Shown one piece after another: positions 1 through 11,376 of a DNA stretch of 64,000 nt (its first letter is position 1; the number at the start of each line of letters is the position of its first letter). The position numbers and the translations under genes are program-made. The DNA comes from Squalus acanthias (Eukaryota), in assembly GCA_030390025.1 (NCBI GenBank), contig CM059432.1, positions 106,208,001 to 106,272,000 of the forward strand. Direction: 5' to 3'. The notes beneath the pieces are model-generated. The model had not been told where the DNA came from. It did no database searches and saw only the letters and a list, made by a program, of their open reading frames with translations.

Positions 1-3000
1 AGGGGAGGAAAAAGAGTGGGAGAACAATAGTGATAGGGGATTCTATCGTAAGGGGAACAGATAGACGTTTCTGTGGCCGCAGACGTGACTCCAGGATGGT
101 ATGTTGCCTCCCTGATGCCAGGGTCAAGGATGTCACTGAACGGCTGCAGGGCATTCTGAAGGGGGAGGGTGCAGTCAGAGGTCGTGGTTCACACTGGTAC
201 AAACGACATGGGTAGAAAGAGGGATGAGGTCCTGCAACAAGAATTCAGGGAGCTAGGTAGCAGATTAAAAAGCAGCACCTCAAAGGTTGTAATCTCTGGA
301 TTACTCCCGGTGCCACGTGCTAGTGAGTATAGGAATAGGAGGATAGAGCAGATGAATGCGTGGCTAAAGAGTTGGTGCAGGAGGGAGGGCTTTAGTTTCC
401 TGGATCACTGGGTCTGCTTCTGGGGAAGGTGGGACCTGTACAAATCGGACGCGTTGCACCTGAACCAGAACGGGACCAACATCCTTGCGGGGAGGTTTGC
501 TAGTACTGTTGGGGTGGGGGTTTAAACTAACTTGGCAGGGGGATGGGATACGGAGTGGAGCTATAGTAGGGGGTGATGCACAGCCAAATATAGAGGAAAA
601 AACAAGTCAGCCTGGAAGGCAGAGCAAATATGTAACGGCACAAAGGAGTATGGCAAGGCTGGATGGCATTTATTTTAATGCAAGGAGTCTTGTGAGTAAG
701 GCAGATGAATTGAAGGTGTTGATGAACAGATGGGAGTATGATATTGTTGCTATCACAGAGACATGGTTGAGGGAGGGGCAGGACTGGCAGCTCAATATTC
801 CAGGGTATAGAATCTTCAGGCGAAACAGAGGGAGGTGTAAAAGAGGAGGGGGTGTCGCAATATTAATCAAGGAGTCAATTACTGCTGTAAGGAGGGATGA
901 TATCTTAGCAGGTTCCTCTAATGAGGCCATATGGGTAGAACTTAAAAACAAAAAGGGGTTAAGCACTTTGCTGGGAGTGTACTATAGGCCCCCAAACAGT
1001 CAGGGGGAGATAGAGGAACAGATATGTAGGCAAATCTCAGAGAAGTGTAGAAATAATAAGGTAATAATAGTAGGGGATTTCAACTTCCCCAATATTAACT
1101 GGGATAGTCAGAGTGTGAAAGGCTTAGAGGGTGCAGAATTCTTAAAGTGCATCCAGGAGAGCTTTTCGAGCCAACATGTAGAAAGTCCTACAAGAGAGGG
1201 GGGCAGTACTGGACCTAATTCTAGGGAATGTAGCTGGGCAAGTGGTAGAAGTGTTAGTAGGAGAGCATTTTGGTGACAGTGACCATAATTCGGTGAGATT
1301 TAAGGTAGTCATGGAAAAGGACAAAGATGGATCGGAGATAAAGGTTCTAAATTGGGGGAAGGCTGATTTTAATATGATAAGGCAGGATCTGGCCAAAGTG
1401 GACTGGGATCAGCTACTTGTAGGAAAATCCACATCAGAGCAGTGGGAGTCTTTCAGAAAGGAAATAGAGTACAACGGCAACATGTTCCCGTAAAGGTCAA
1501 GGGTGGGACCAACAAGCCCAGGGAACCCTGGATGTCAAGGGATATACGAAAATGGATTAGGAAAAAAAGGGAGGCTTTTGGCAGATACAAAGGACTAAAA
1601 ACAGTGGAAGCCCTAGAGGAGTATAGAAAGTGCAGGGGGGTACTTAAAAAAGAAATTAGGAGAGCGAAGAGGGGGCATGAAATAACACTGGCGGGCAAAA
1701 TAAAGGAAAATCCCAAGGTGTTTTATAAGTATATTAAGGGCAAGAGGATAACCAGGGAAAGAGTAGGCTCCATTAGGGACCAAAGTGGCAATCTGTGTGT
1801 AGAGCCAGAAGATGTGGGTGGGGTTTTAAATGAATATTTTGCATCTGTGTTCACTATGGAGAAGGATGATGTAGGCATAGAAATCAGGCAGGGGGATTGT
1901 GATATACTTGAACAAATTAGTATTGAGAAGGAGGAGGTACTAGCGGTTTTAGTGGGCTTAAAAGTGGATAAATCCCCAGGCCCAGACGAGATGTATCCCA
2001 GGTTGCTGTGTGAGACAAGGGAGGAGATTGCAGGGGCTCTGACACAAATTTTCAGAACCTCTCTGGCCACAGGGGAGGTGCCAGAGGACTGGAGAACAGC
2101 TAACATAGTACCATTATTCAAGAAGGGTAGTAGGGATAAACCAGGGAATTACAGGCCAGTGAGCCCAAGATCAGTGGTAAGGAAATTATTGGAAAAAATT
2201 CTGAGGGACAGTATTAGTCTCCACTTGGAGAGGCAAGGATTAATCAAGGATAGTCAGCATGGATTTGTCAGGGGGAGATCATGTCTGACCAATTTGATTG
2301 AATTTTTCAAGGGGGTGACTAGGTGTGTGGATGAGGGTAGTGCAGTTGATGTGATCTACATAGACTTCAGTAAGGCTTTTGACAAAGTCCCGCATGGGAG
2401 ACTGGTCAAGAAGGTAAAAGCCCATGGGATCCAGGGCAACTTGGCACATTGGATCCAAAATTGGCTTAGTGGCAGGAGGCAGAGGATGATGGTCGAAGGT
2501 TGTTTTTGTGACTAGAAGCCTGTGTCCAGTGGTGTACCGCAGGGATCGGTGCTGGGTCCTTTGCTGTTTGTAGTGCACATTAATGATTTAGATATGAATG
2601 TAGGAGGTATGAGCAGTAAGTTTGCAGATGAGACGAAAATTGGTGGGGTGGTAAATAGCGAGGAGGGAAGCCTCAGGCTACAGGACGATATAGACGGGTT
2701 AGTCAGATGGGCAGAACAGTGGCAAATGGAATTTAACCCTGAAAAAAGTGTGAGGTGATGCATTTTGGGAGGACTAACAAGGCAAGGGAATACACAATGA
2801 ATGGTAGGACCTTAGGAAGGCCAGAGGGACCTTGGTGTGCATGTACATAGATCCCTGAAGGCAGCAGGACAGGTAGATAAGGTGGTTAAAAAGGCATATG
2901 GTATACTTATATTCTATGCCTCGGCTAATGAAGGCAAGCGCAGGGAGGTTATGATGGAGCTGTACAAAACACTAGTTAGGCCACAGCTGGAATACTGTGT

Positions 3001-3530
3001 GCAGTTCTGGTCGCCACACTATAGGAAGGATGTGATTGCATTGGAGAGGGTGCAGAGGAGATTCACCAGGATGTTACCTGGGCTGCAGCGCTTCAGCTAT
3101 GAAGAGACTGGACAGGCTGGGGTTGTTTTCCTTAAGAGCAGGGAAGGCTGAGGGGGGACCTGATTGAGGTGTACAAAATTATGAGGGGCATAGATAGGGT
3201 AGATAGAAAGGAACTTTTCCCCTTAGTAGAGGGGTCAATAACCAGGGGGCATAGTTTCAAGGTAAGGGGCAGGAGGTTTAGAGGGGATTTGAGGAAGAAC
3301 TTTTTCACCCAGAGGGTGGTTGGAATCTGGAACTCACTGCCTGAAAAGGGTGGTAGAGGCAGGAACCCTCACAACATTCAAGAAGCATTTAGATGAGCAC
3401 TTGAAACACCATAGCATACAAGGCTATGGACCAAGTGCTGGAAAATGGGATTAAAATAGACAGTGCTTGATGGCCGGCGCGGACACGATGGGCCTCTTTC
3501 TGTGCTGTATAACTCTATGACTATGACTAA
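1..3530 (+). mobile_element. CR1 LINE, near full length, frameshifted (family A); starts before the window
   Basis: ORF1 SGNH/esterase-like (IGDSIVRG, HTGTND, LHLN). ORF2 APE endonuclease (YFNARSL, AITETW, VGDFN, SDH) and RT ([35 protein letters not shown]). 3' tail ctctatgactatgact. Confidence 0.95.
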
Positions 3531-5724
3531 ATGGCCTACTCCTGTTCCTATATTCCTAGTTTTCTTAAATAGTAAACAACTATTAGTCATGATTGCGGAG
3601 CTAAACTATGCATTATGCAGCCAATCTATTTCAGTCCATGGAAGCTATTTGGTCTGACTACTAATCCACAAATGTTACACTGTCCAATTTGAACCAGTAA
3701 GGTTGAGAAAAAAAATTCCAGAAAACGATCAAGATGAAACAAATTTAAATAATTGCATTTTTTTTTAAATTAAAAAAATAAAACTGCCAAACACATACTT
3801 GAAGAAATCCACAAAATGTTTGTATTTGTCTTGACCCATCCTTTGGACACCTGGTTGAGATAAAATGAAAATCAGTTGCATCAATATAAACCAAAGCATG
3901 TATCTCCTGTGATTTTTAAATACCTTATGTATCATGATGGAAGAAGCCATGCTAAATCATATGCTTCATTTTTGTCACAGCCCTTGCCTCCTTTTTTCCA
4001 ATAAAGGTGTAACTTTTACTGCTTTTCTAAGCTCTGGTACTATCCCAGAATGTAGTAATTTTGAACAAATTCATTCTCATCTTCTAACTAAATATGGGAC
4101 AAATTCTAAAACCTGAAGATTTAACAGCTGTATCCTCAATCGCACATTGATGGAGAATACAGCTTTCTAAAGCCTACAACATCTTTTAAGCCATACTTTC
4201 TAGATCTGATATTTTTCAAGTGACAAGTCTACAAATACAGCAAAAAAGTAACATGGTTTAATCCTTGGTCACACAGAAACTATTATAAAATAATCTGTCT
4301 GTAAAACGTGTATTATATCAGATTAGAGATGTGTTAAATTGATGTCCTCTTATTTTTAAATTAGTTTTGTATTCATTATTAATAACACAATTCTACACAA
4401 ATAACATTAAAAAGTTCCACCAAATATCAGATTAAAAAAAAATAGATTAGAAATACATAGTGATTTTTGCAGGTGTATTATATTAGAATTATAAACTGGA
4501 AATTGTCAAGTACATACACTTCCAAAATAAAATTCACATAATATTCACAACTTGTATGCCCTGCTTCTATAGGCACAAGTACAAAAACAAAACTTTAAAA
4601 ATTCAGATTTTCTGATTAATTACAGCATTTCCTGCATGTGTTTTAACACCATCACAAAGACAGCTGTATAGTAATGTCCTAAATAAAAGCACTAGTTTAT
4701 TAAAATTATAAACTAAATCTTGTAGTTTATTAACAATTCCAGAATTTTACTGTACAAAGAAATGATTACAAAGTTAGGTATATTGCTAAACAGAAACCCG
4801 TAAAAGGTTTTAGCTTCTGCCTTGCCTAGGTCTACCTGGAAAATGTCTTTACTGCTGAGATAACAAAATAGAAATCCACTGATTCATAATACTGTATTTT
4901 AAATGCACTACTCAGTAAATCTAGACCTAAATTAGCAGAGGACTGTGTAAAATATTATAATGTAGAAATTATTCAAGCAATTCTATTATCTGCTATATTA
5001 AAATACAGTACTGAGTCAATAATCACTGGATATACAAAAATGAAAAATATTTTAAATCTATTAGATCTTCCATGGTTGCTCATGTGTAGTCTAGAGCCTG
5101 TCATCAAGTAATTGACATTCTGATGGTCCTGTACTAAGGCATTAGGCAGACACTTAAATCACTGCTATTGTAACTCAATGAATTCCACAGCCTATTCAGC
5201 TTCAGGGAACATGTCAAATTGGCACAGTGCAAGCTAGAAGTTGTAGTCCCAGCCACAGGCTAAAAGTGGCAGTCTAGCTGATGCCTGGCAGTTAAGTTGA
5301 AGGCTAGTGGGAGTCTAGGGTCTTGATAGGGAGCCTTGCAATTTGGCTTGTTTATTTCTATTGTACTTGGATTTGTGGCATTTATACTTTTAAGAGGACA
5401 GAAATTTCATTTTTAAGACAATGTAAGGGGGTGGGTGAGAAACTTATCGCTGTGGCTGTATCGTGGGAGAATGCTTTTTGCTGCAATGTGATTAGGGACA
5501 TTTTGAGGAATATGATTGGAGAGAAAATTTAAATTTGGGAGAAAGGTTTATGCAATATGATTCATGAATAACAAATGTTGAAAATAACAAAGAAAAAACA
5601 CAAACTTAATGAGGGAAAAGAAAAGGTACTTAAGCAATGAGGAAGAAAAGACATTTAGCCAATGAGGCACAAGAAAACTGACTTACATTCACAACAGACG
5701 CTACAATCACTAAAGACACAAAAT

Positions 5725-5730
5725 TTTATT
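5725..5730 (-). terminator. Candidate TAF2 polyadenylation signal (AATAAA)
   Basis: AATAAA on the minus strand ~1.05 kb after the stop, followed by GT/T-rich sequence (ttttgtgtctttagtgattgtagcgtctgttgtg). Other AATAAA candidates at 5351-5356, 4726-4731 and 4696-4701. Confidence 0.4.
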
Positions 5731-6775
5731 ATATAGACTTACATAGACCCAACAGTGTTCTTATAAAACCAGAGTAAATGCAATACAAACAATTTTCTAT
5801 TAAAATGCCTTGCACCAGAAGTCCTTTGTTGCAAGTAAAAGAATCAGTGCCATCATTAGTTAACAGGATATCACAAATGAAATTTGTAGTTAAATACAAC
5901 TGCCAACTAAATATAGCATAAGCTGGCAGTAAAGTGTGAACATTTTTGAAAACGACCTTCAACTTAAACATGGAGGGGGAGGGGTCACTCGGTGTCCCTT
6001 TACAACCCTCGTAGGCAGTGACGACTAAGGTTCCGAAATTCGATCAGGCCCACTGCTGAACTGGGATGCATCGCCCTATGGGGAACTGGAAAATGCAATA
6101 CAACTGGGTCCACCCGGATTCCACTCCATGTTGTCTCCTCTCCTTTTTCCAGTGCTGCCCCTGCGCCCCCATTACATCAAGTTTGCATATTTGGGGGAGG
6201 TCCTGGGCTACCCCAGGAATTCCACCCATTATGTCCTCCACAGGCTTCAGCTGTACTCTCGGGAGGCCTACTTGCGGTGGCAGAGCAGACAGTCAGGAAT
6301 TTCATGCCCTTACCTTTTTCTATACTGCATCGTTATTCCGACATTTTTCATTGTATCGTACAAGGTTTTACTGTGAACAACTTTTGCCTCCCCGAGAAAT
6401 TTTGGGCAGGAAAAAAAGCAGATAGAGTGCAATGTGCAGCAGGGTCCTGCTAATTCAGCAGACCTCTAGGAAAGATGTGCTTATATAGAATAACTGTACG
6501 GGGTGGGGGGGCAGGAACTGATTTTAAGCAGTCTCAAAAAAAGCAAGGAGTGTCAGTTTGGAGAAACCAGTAGCTGCCAAGTTAGGTCAGCTAAACATAT
6601 GGAATGAGGCTCATACTCAGTTTGTACATGTAGATTACACAATTTGGTTACTTGCTTGGTGAACTGTGTAGTTTGGCAAAACAAAAAGAGGGCAGAAGTC
6701 GTCTGTCTTGCTTCACATTCAGTTCTTCCTTCTTCAAAATATTTGATATACTGCTTAGATGGTTCACCATATAAT

Positions 6776-7041
6776 TTAGTCTGAAATGGAAGGAGAGTTT
6801 AGAGACCGCCCACTAGCCGGGCTGTTTGTAAAAGTAAACAGGTCTTTTTCTTTGTCTTTCCCATCATGTTTGTGTTTATGCTTATGCTTGTGTTTATGCT
6901 TTTTCTTCTTTTTCTTGTGTTCATGATGGTGGTGATGGTGGTGTTCCCCATGTCTCGATGAGCTGGACTCTTTGCCAAGTGAAGGAAGTGGGGTAGCTGG
7001 CATGGAAATCATGGCAGTTTCTATGGCTGGTGTTTCTTTTC
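6776..7041 (-). CDS. TAF2: TAF2 terminal coding exon: GKETPAIE...HHHHHHHEHKKKKKKHKHKHKHKHKHDGKDKEKDLFTFTNSPASGRSLNSPSISD*
   Basis: ORF 6776..7060. Acceptor ttttcatag|GA. Carries the His/Lys-rich TAF2 C-terminus. TAA at 6776-6778. Confidence 0.96.
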
Positions 7042-7572
7042 CTATGAAAATAGTACACAATGATACTTTTTGTTATCCACACTGCTTACTATTTATGTGC
7101 ATCTCACACACACGTATATTTATGGTAGTTGTACTATAAATACCAGTTGCTCAAGATCTTGTTCTAAAGCCAGCTGTTATTGAAATAAAACAAATATATT
7201 TTGCCATCTATATGTTGACCTCAAAATACAATTTGAATGAGCGGAGAGCTTCATTCAGCAAAACAGTGATATTATTATTGCGCAATCCATTGAATCCATA
7301 TTTAATTAGCAGTTGCACCTTTTTTTTTTTAATTCTTGCCTTTTTTCCTTGTTCCTTTCCTGAGTTTTATCTCTTTGCTGGGATTCAGTTCCACATGCAG
7401 CAGTCTACTATCATACTGAAGTGACCATTATATATGCGTGTACCTCGACAATGAGTGAACTGCTCATTCAGTAGAGACAATAAATACACACACACATCAG
7501 CTTACTGTAACTGAGCACCACTTGGTCCCTTTTCCCACATTTAATGTATCAACTTGTTCAGATTTCTCTCAC

Positions 7573-7678
7573 CTGGAGTGGATGGTCGTTCGAGTATGTT
7601 CAGCTGGTGATAAATAAAAGCCTGACTATCATGAACAGAATCCATGTCAATCTCTTCATCTTCTTGAGAATTAGAAAA
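7573..7678 (-). CDS. TAF2: TAF2 coding exon H (106 nt, phase 0-1): FSNSQEDEEIDMDSVHDSQAFIYHQLNILERPSTP
   Basis: Translated by hand. Acceptor ttttattttag|TTT, donor CCAG|gtgaga. Close to human FSSSQDEEEIDMDTVHDSQAFISHHLNMLERPSTP (recalled). Confidence 0.95.
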
Positions 7679-7896
7679 CTAAAATAAAATAAAATAAAAA
7701 TTATAGTACCAAGATTTTTTTTCCATAAGGCAGAAATGTCACCCTGCATTTTTACGATGTTGGAATTTAAGATGTTAACAAATGGCTGATACTTATACAT
7801 ATCTGTTGTACGAATCTGTTCAGCTTACACAAACAAACCAATTAAGGTGACAAGTTAACTTCCACTTCAGCCTTAACTTCTCCGACTCTTCCCTTC

Positions 7897-8409
7897 CTAT
7901 AGGCCAGTTAGCCTGACATCAGTAGTAGGGAAAATGCTTTTTAGGGGCATGGTAACAGGGCACTTAGAAAATCACATGATTACGCAGCGTCAACACGGTT
8001 TTATGCAAGGGAAATTGTGTTTGATAAATCTATTAGAGATTTTTGAGGGTGTAACTAGCAGGTTAAAGGGGAACCAGTGGGTGTAGTATATTTGGATTTT
8101 CAAAAGGCATTCGATCAGGTGTCACAAGAAGTTGCTACACAAGATTAGGGTTCTTGGAATTGGGGGTAATGTATTAGCATGGTTAAGAGGATTGGTTAAC
8201 GAACAGAAAACAGAGAGTAGGAATAAACGGGACATTTTCGGGTTGGCAGGTTGTAACTAGTGGAGTGCTGCAAGCATCAGTGCTGGGGCCTCAGCTGTTT
8301 ACAATCTATATCAATGACTTAGATGAGGAGACGGAGTGTAATGTATCAAAGTTTGCTGATGATACAAAGTGAGGTGGGAAAGTAAGCTGTGAAGGGGACA
8401 CGAAGAGGT
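7897..8409 (+). mobile_element. CR1 LINE RT-core fragment
   Basis: Decayed YRPVSLTS, QHGF, LDFQKAFD and FADDTK coding sequence. Confidence 0.85.
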
Positions 8410-8424
8410 AATCTTCATAGACTA

Positions 8425-9373
8425 TTACCGCTGCGACACCCTGGTCCACTCTTCCAACACCTGCTCCATTTCTCATGGCACCTTCCCATGCAACAACTGC
8501 TCTTTCACCTGCTCCCCTTCCCACTGTCCAGGGCCCCAAACACTCCTTCCGGGTGAAACAGCAATTTGTACTTCTTCCAACTTAGTACAGTATACTGTAT
8601 TCTCTGTTCATGATGTGTTCTCCCCTACATTGGGGGGGAGACCAAACGCTGATTGGGTGATCGCTTTGCTGAACACCTTGTTCAGTCCGCAAGTGTGACC
8701 CTGAGCTTGCGGATGCTTGCCACTTTAATTCTTCATCCCACTCTGATCTCTGTCCTCGGTCTCCTACACTGTTCCAATGAAGCTCAACGCAATCTTGAGG
8801 AACAGCGTCTCATCTTTCTACTAGGCACTTTACAGCCTTCTGGCCTCAACATTGGTGCAGCCATCCTCAACATTAATTGAGGATGGCGGCATCAGAGCCA
8901 CTGGGAGTGGAGGAGGTCTGGGCTGGGATCCCCCATCGGTACACAGCCGGTGGGGTGGTCCGCACATCCTGGGGTCCACCTGCCTTTCTTCCACCACACT
9001 CTTGAGCCATGGGCACCTTCTCCTCGGTCAGATTTTCCATGCTTCTCGCCCCCTCTGCTATTCTGCTGTAACCATTAACACCTCCTCTGGACCCATCTTT
9101 TGTTTCTATACCTGTCTCATTATCACTTCTTTTTGCCTTGCACCATCACCACTTGCCATTTAATCACTCCTGCCCTCCACCCCATCACAGCTCTTTCTTT
9201 TGTTCTTTTCCTACCCACTTTTTCCCTGCTCTGTACTTGCTTAAAAGCTGTTCATCCCTAACATCTTCCAGTTTTGATGAAAAGTCATCAATCTGAAGGG
9301 TTAACTCTGTTTCTCTCTCCACAGATGCTGCCTGGCCTGCTGAGTGTTTCCAGCAATTTCTGTTTTTATTTCA
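8425..9373 (+). mobile_element. Penelope-like element 3' remnant (GIY-YIG end plus terminal repeat) with a ~175-bp foreign insert
   Basis: YIG.TKR.LGDRFAEHL and EEQRLIFLLGTLQPSGLNI motifs. 3' part is colinear with 40130-40838. Confidence 0.85.
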
Positions 9374-9441
9374 ATTAAGGTGAAGAGTTGCTCTATTTTC
9401 CAGAAACTGCATTTGCAATCAATTTAAAAGAACCTCCTTAC

Positions 9442-9594
9442 TTTGATTTTAAGTTTAACTTTGTTATCTTCATCCTTCTCCAGAATTTGGCCAGGTTCCA
9501 GTGGGGAACCAAGTGGGGTCTCAGCTTTTCTCTTTACACCCTGCTGGACTCCAGACCCAGTGGGTGCAGAGTCCTTGGCAAGATGCTCCTCTTC
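9442..9594 (-). CDS. TAF2: TAF2 coding exon G (153 nt, phase 0-0, possibly cassette): EEEHLAKDSAPTGSGVQQGVKRKAETPLGSPLEPGQILEKDEDNKVKLKIK
   Basis: Inside ORF 9424..9657. Acceptor ttctttcttttccag|GAA, donor AAA|gtaagg. Symmetric and stop-free. The QQGVKRK.TPLGSPLEPGQILEK motif is recalled from longer vertebrate TAF2 isoforms. Confidence 0.88.
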
Positions 9595-9596
9595 CT

Positions 9597-9999
9597 GGAA
9601 AAGAAAGAACGTGCATTTATATAGCACCTTTGACAACCTCGGGATCTTCACAGCCAATGAAGTACTTTTGAAATGTAGTCACTTCTATAATTTCGCAAAA
9701 CATAGCAGCCAATCTGCACACATCAGGGTCCCACAAACAACAATCAGATAAATGACCAGCTAATCTGTTTTAAGTGGTGGTGGTTGATGGATAAATATTG
9801 TCATGGGATCTTACACATCCACCTTAGGGGGGGCGGGGGCAGACATCTTATCTGAAAGATGGCACATCAGGCAATGCAGTACTCTCAATATTACACTGAG
9901 TTGTCAGCCTAGATTATGTGATCAAGTCTCTGGAGTGGGGCTTGAATCCACAACCTTCTGATTTGGAAGTGGAGAGCTACGACTAAGCCAAGGCAGACA
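9597..9999 (-). mobile_element. tRNA-headed Deu-domain SINE (SacSINE1-like), older copy abutting the exon G acceptor
   Basis: Reverse complement aligns by eye with the SINE at 56871-57320, from head (gccttggcttagtcgtagc...ggattcaagcccc) to tail (gctatataaatgcacgttctttct). Confidence 0.88.
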
Positions 10000-10064
10000 C
10001 CAGAGGAAAAACAAAACAGCTGATGAATCTCATTACCATTTTATAAACCTGCTCCTATACAGTA

Positions 10065-10135
10065 AGGAAGGAAGGAACTTATATAGCGCCTTTCACAACC
10101 TCAGGACATCTCAAAGCGGTTTATAACCAATGAAG
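10065..10135 (-). mobile_element. DeuSINE 3' tail fragment
   Basis: cattggttataaaccgctttgagatgtcctgaggttgtgaaaggcgctatataagttcc(ttcc)n on the minus strand. Confidence 0.7.
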
Positions 10136-11376
10136 TTAGACTTTTTCCTTAAATGTTAAAATGTTTTTGCTCTGCATTTTCCTGGAAGTGTGAGCTGATC
10201 GTGGGGAGGGAAACAGGGCATTTGGGACCAACAGACTATCTCCTTAGCCAGAGATTTAAGGATCGAGAAATAAACAGGAATGACGGAGAAGGAAATAGGG
10301 TGAATTAAAGTCAAATCAGGTACCGAGAGAGAGAGAGAGGAAAAGAAAGATTGGATTAAGAGAATGAAAGAGAAAGAAAAAGAATTTAAAAATCTTGAAC
10401 AATTTACTACCTGCAGGAATGACACTCCAATTGTTCTCTTTCTGGGCCGAAAAGGTTGAGTGGGAATGCAGGAACATAAATCTTGTCATTAAAAAGGTAC
10501 CTACGCTGTTAAGTACTCGCCCTAACTTTGTGGTGAGTTTATTTAACAATTAGTGTGAAAATACAGCAATTTCTTGAAACTTACATGGAGGTTGAGGGCG
10601 ATCTGCCATTTTCACGAGGCTAGCTGAGGAGCGGCACAAATCATCCAGCAACTTGTGGTGATTCGCAATTCATGGGGTATCGCTTCCTCACCACAAGTTG
10701 CTGGACAATTTACACATTAACAACAGCGCGACAGGACTGTTCAATCTATGGTGACACCATCCAGTAGTACGTCTGAGTCTTTGGCCAGCCTGTAGACGGC
10801 AAGGAGTGGGTGCAGATGTTCCTATCTCTCCAGAGTAGGGCAAGGCTCAGAGGGAAAAGTTTGTGCCATATTCTGTGCAACGATGAAAGGTAGCAAAGGG
10901 TACTGGTCACTGGAAAGGATCCAAGCCGTACAAAATAAATTTAAATTTAAATCCAAAGCTGTCCAGAACTGCAGAGAATCCTCCCGGAACCAAGCCTATG
11001 GAGGACGGTCTCAGTGGGCTGTACTGAGGCAAGTCAAACATTTTAATGAAACAATAAATAAACTCAGAAAAACAATCTTCAGTCTTGTAACTGATCCAAT
11101 ATGGTTAAAAATGACACCATATATGACACCAGTATATTCAGAACGAATTCAACTGATGAACAGCAAAGTAATTTGTTTTGCCAATGTGAAAGACAGCAGA
11201 GAATTGGTGGCAACAGAAAAGGAAACAAAAACTACGGGTAAACCCTAGAAATGGGCAAAGTAAAGGAAGGTCACCTGGTTAGCAAAGCTCATAAAGGGGC
11301 AATGCTCCCAGGGGATTTATTTTTTCTTCCATGTTGGAAGAAGCTCCTACTTGTGAAGCCACTATTCAGAATTTCT

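Noticed and set aside
670..2763. Antisense ORFs overlapping CR1 ORF2 (also 42795-43803 and 50001-51009)
   Set aside because: Shadow frames of LINE coding sequence. They recur only because the repeat recurs.
1..3530. Active autonomous LINE
   Set aside because: ORF2 is broken by several frameshifts and a stop (2513-2515). The other long CR1 copies are similarly disrupted.
10160..10740. Possible interspersed repeat with a GA-rich core
   Set aside because: No second copy in the window and no termini identified.
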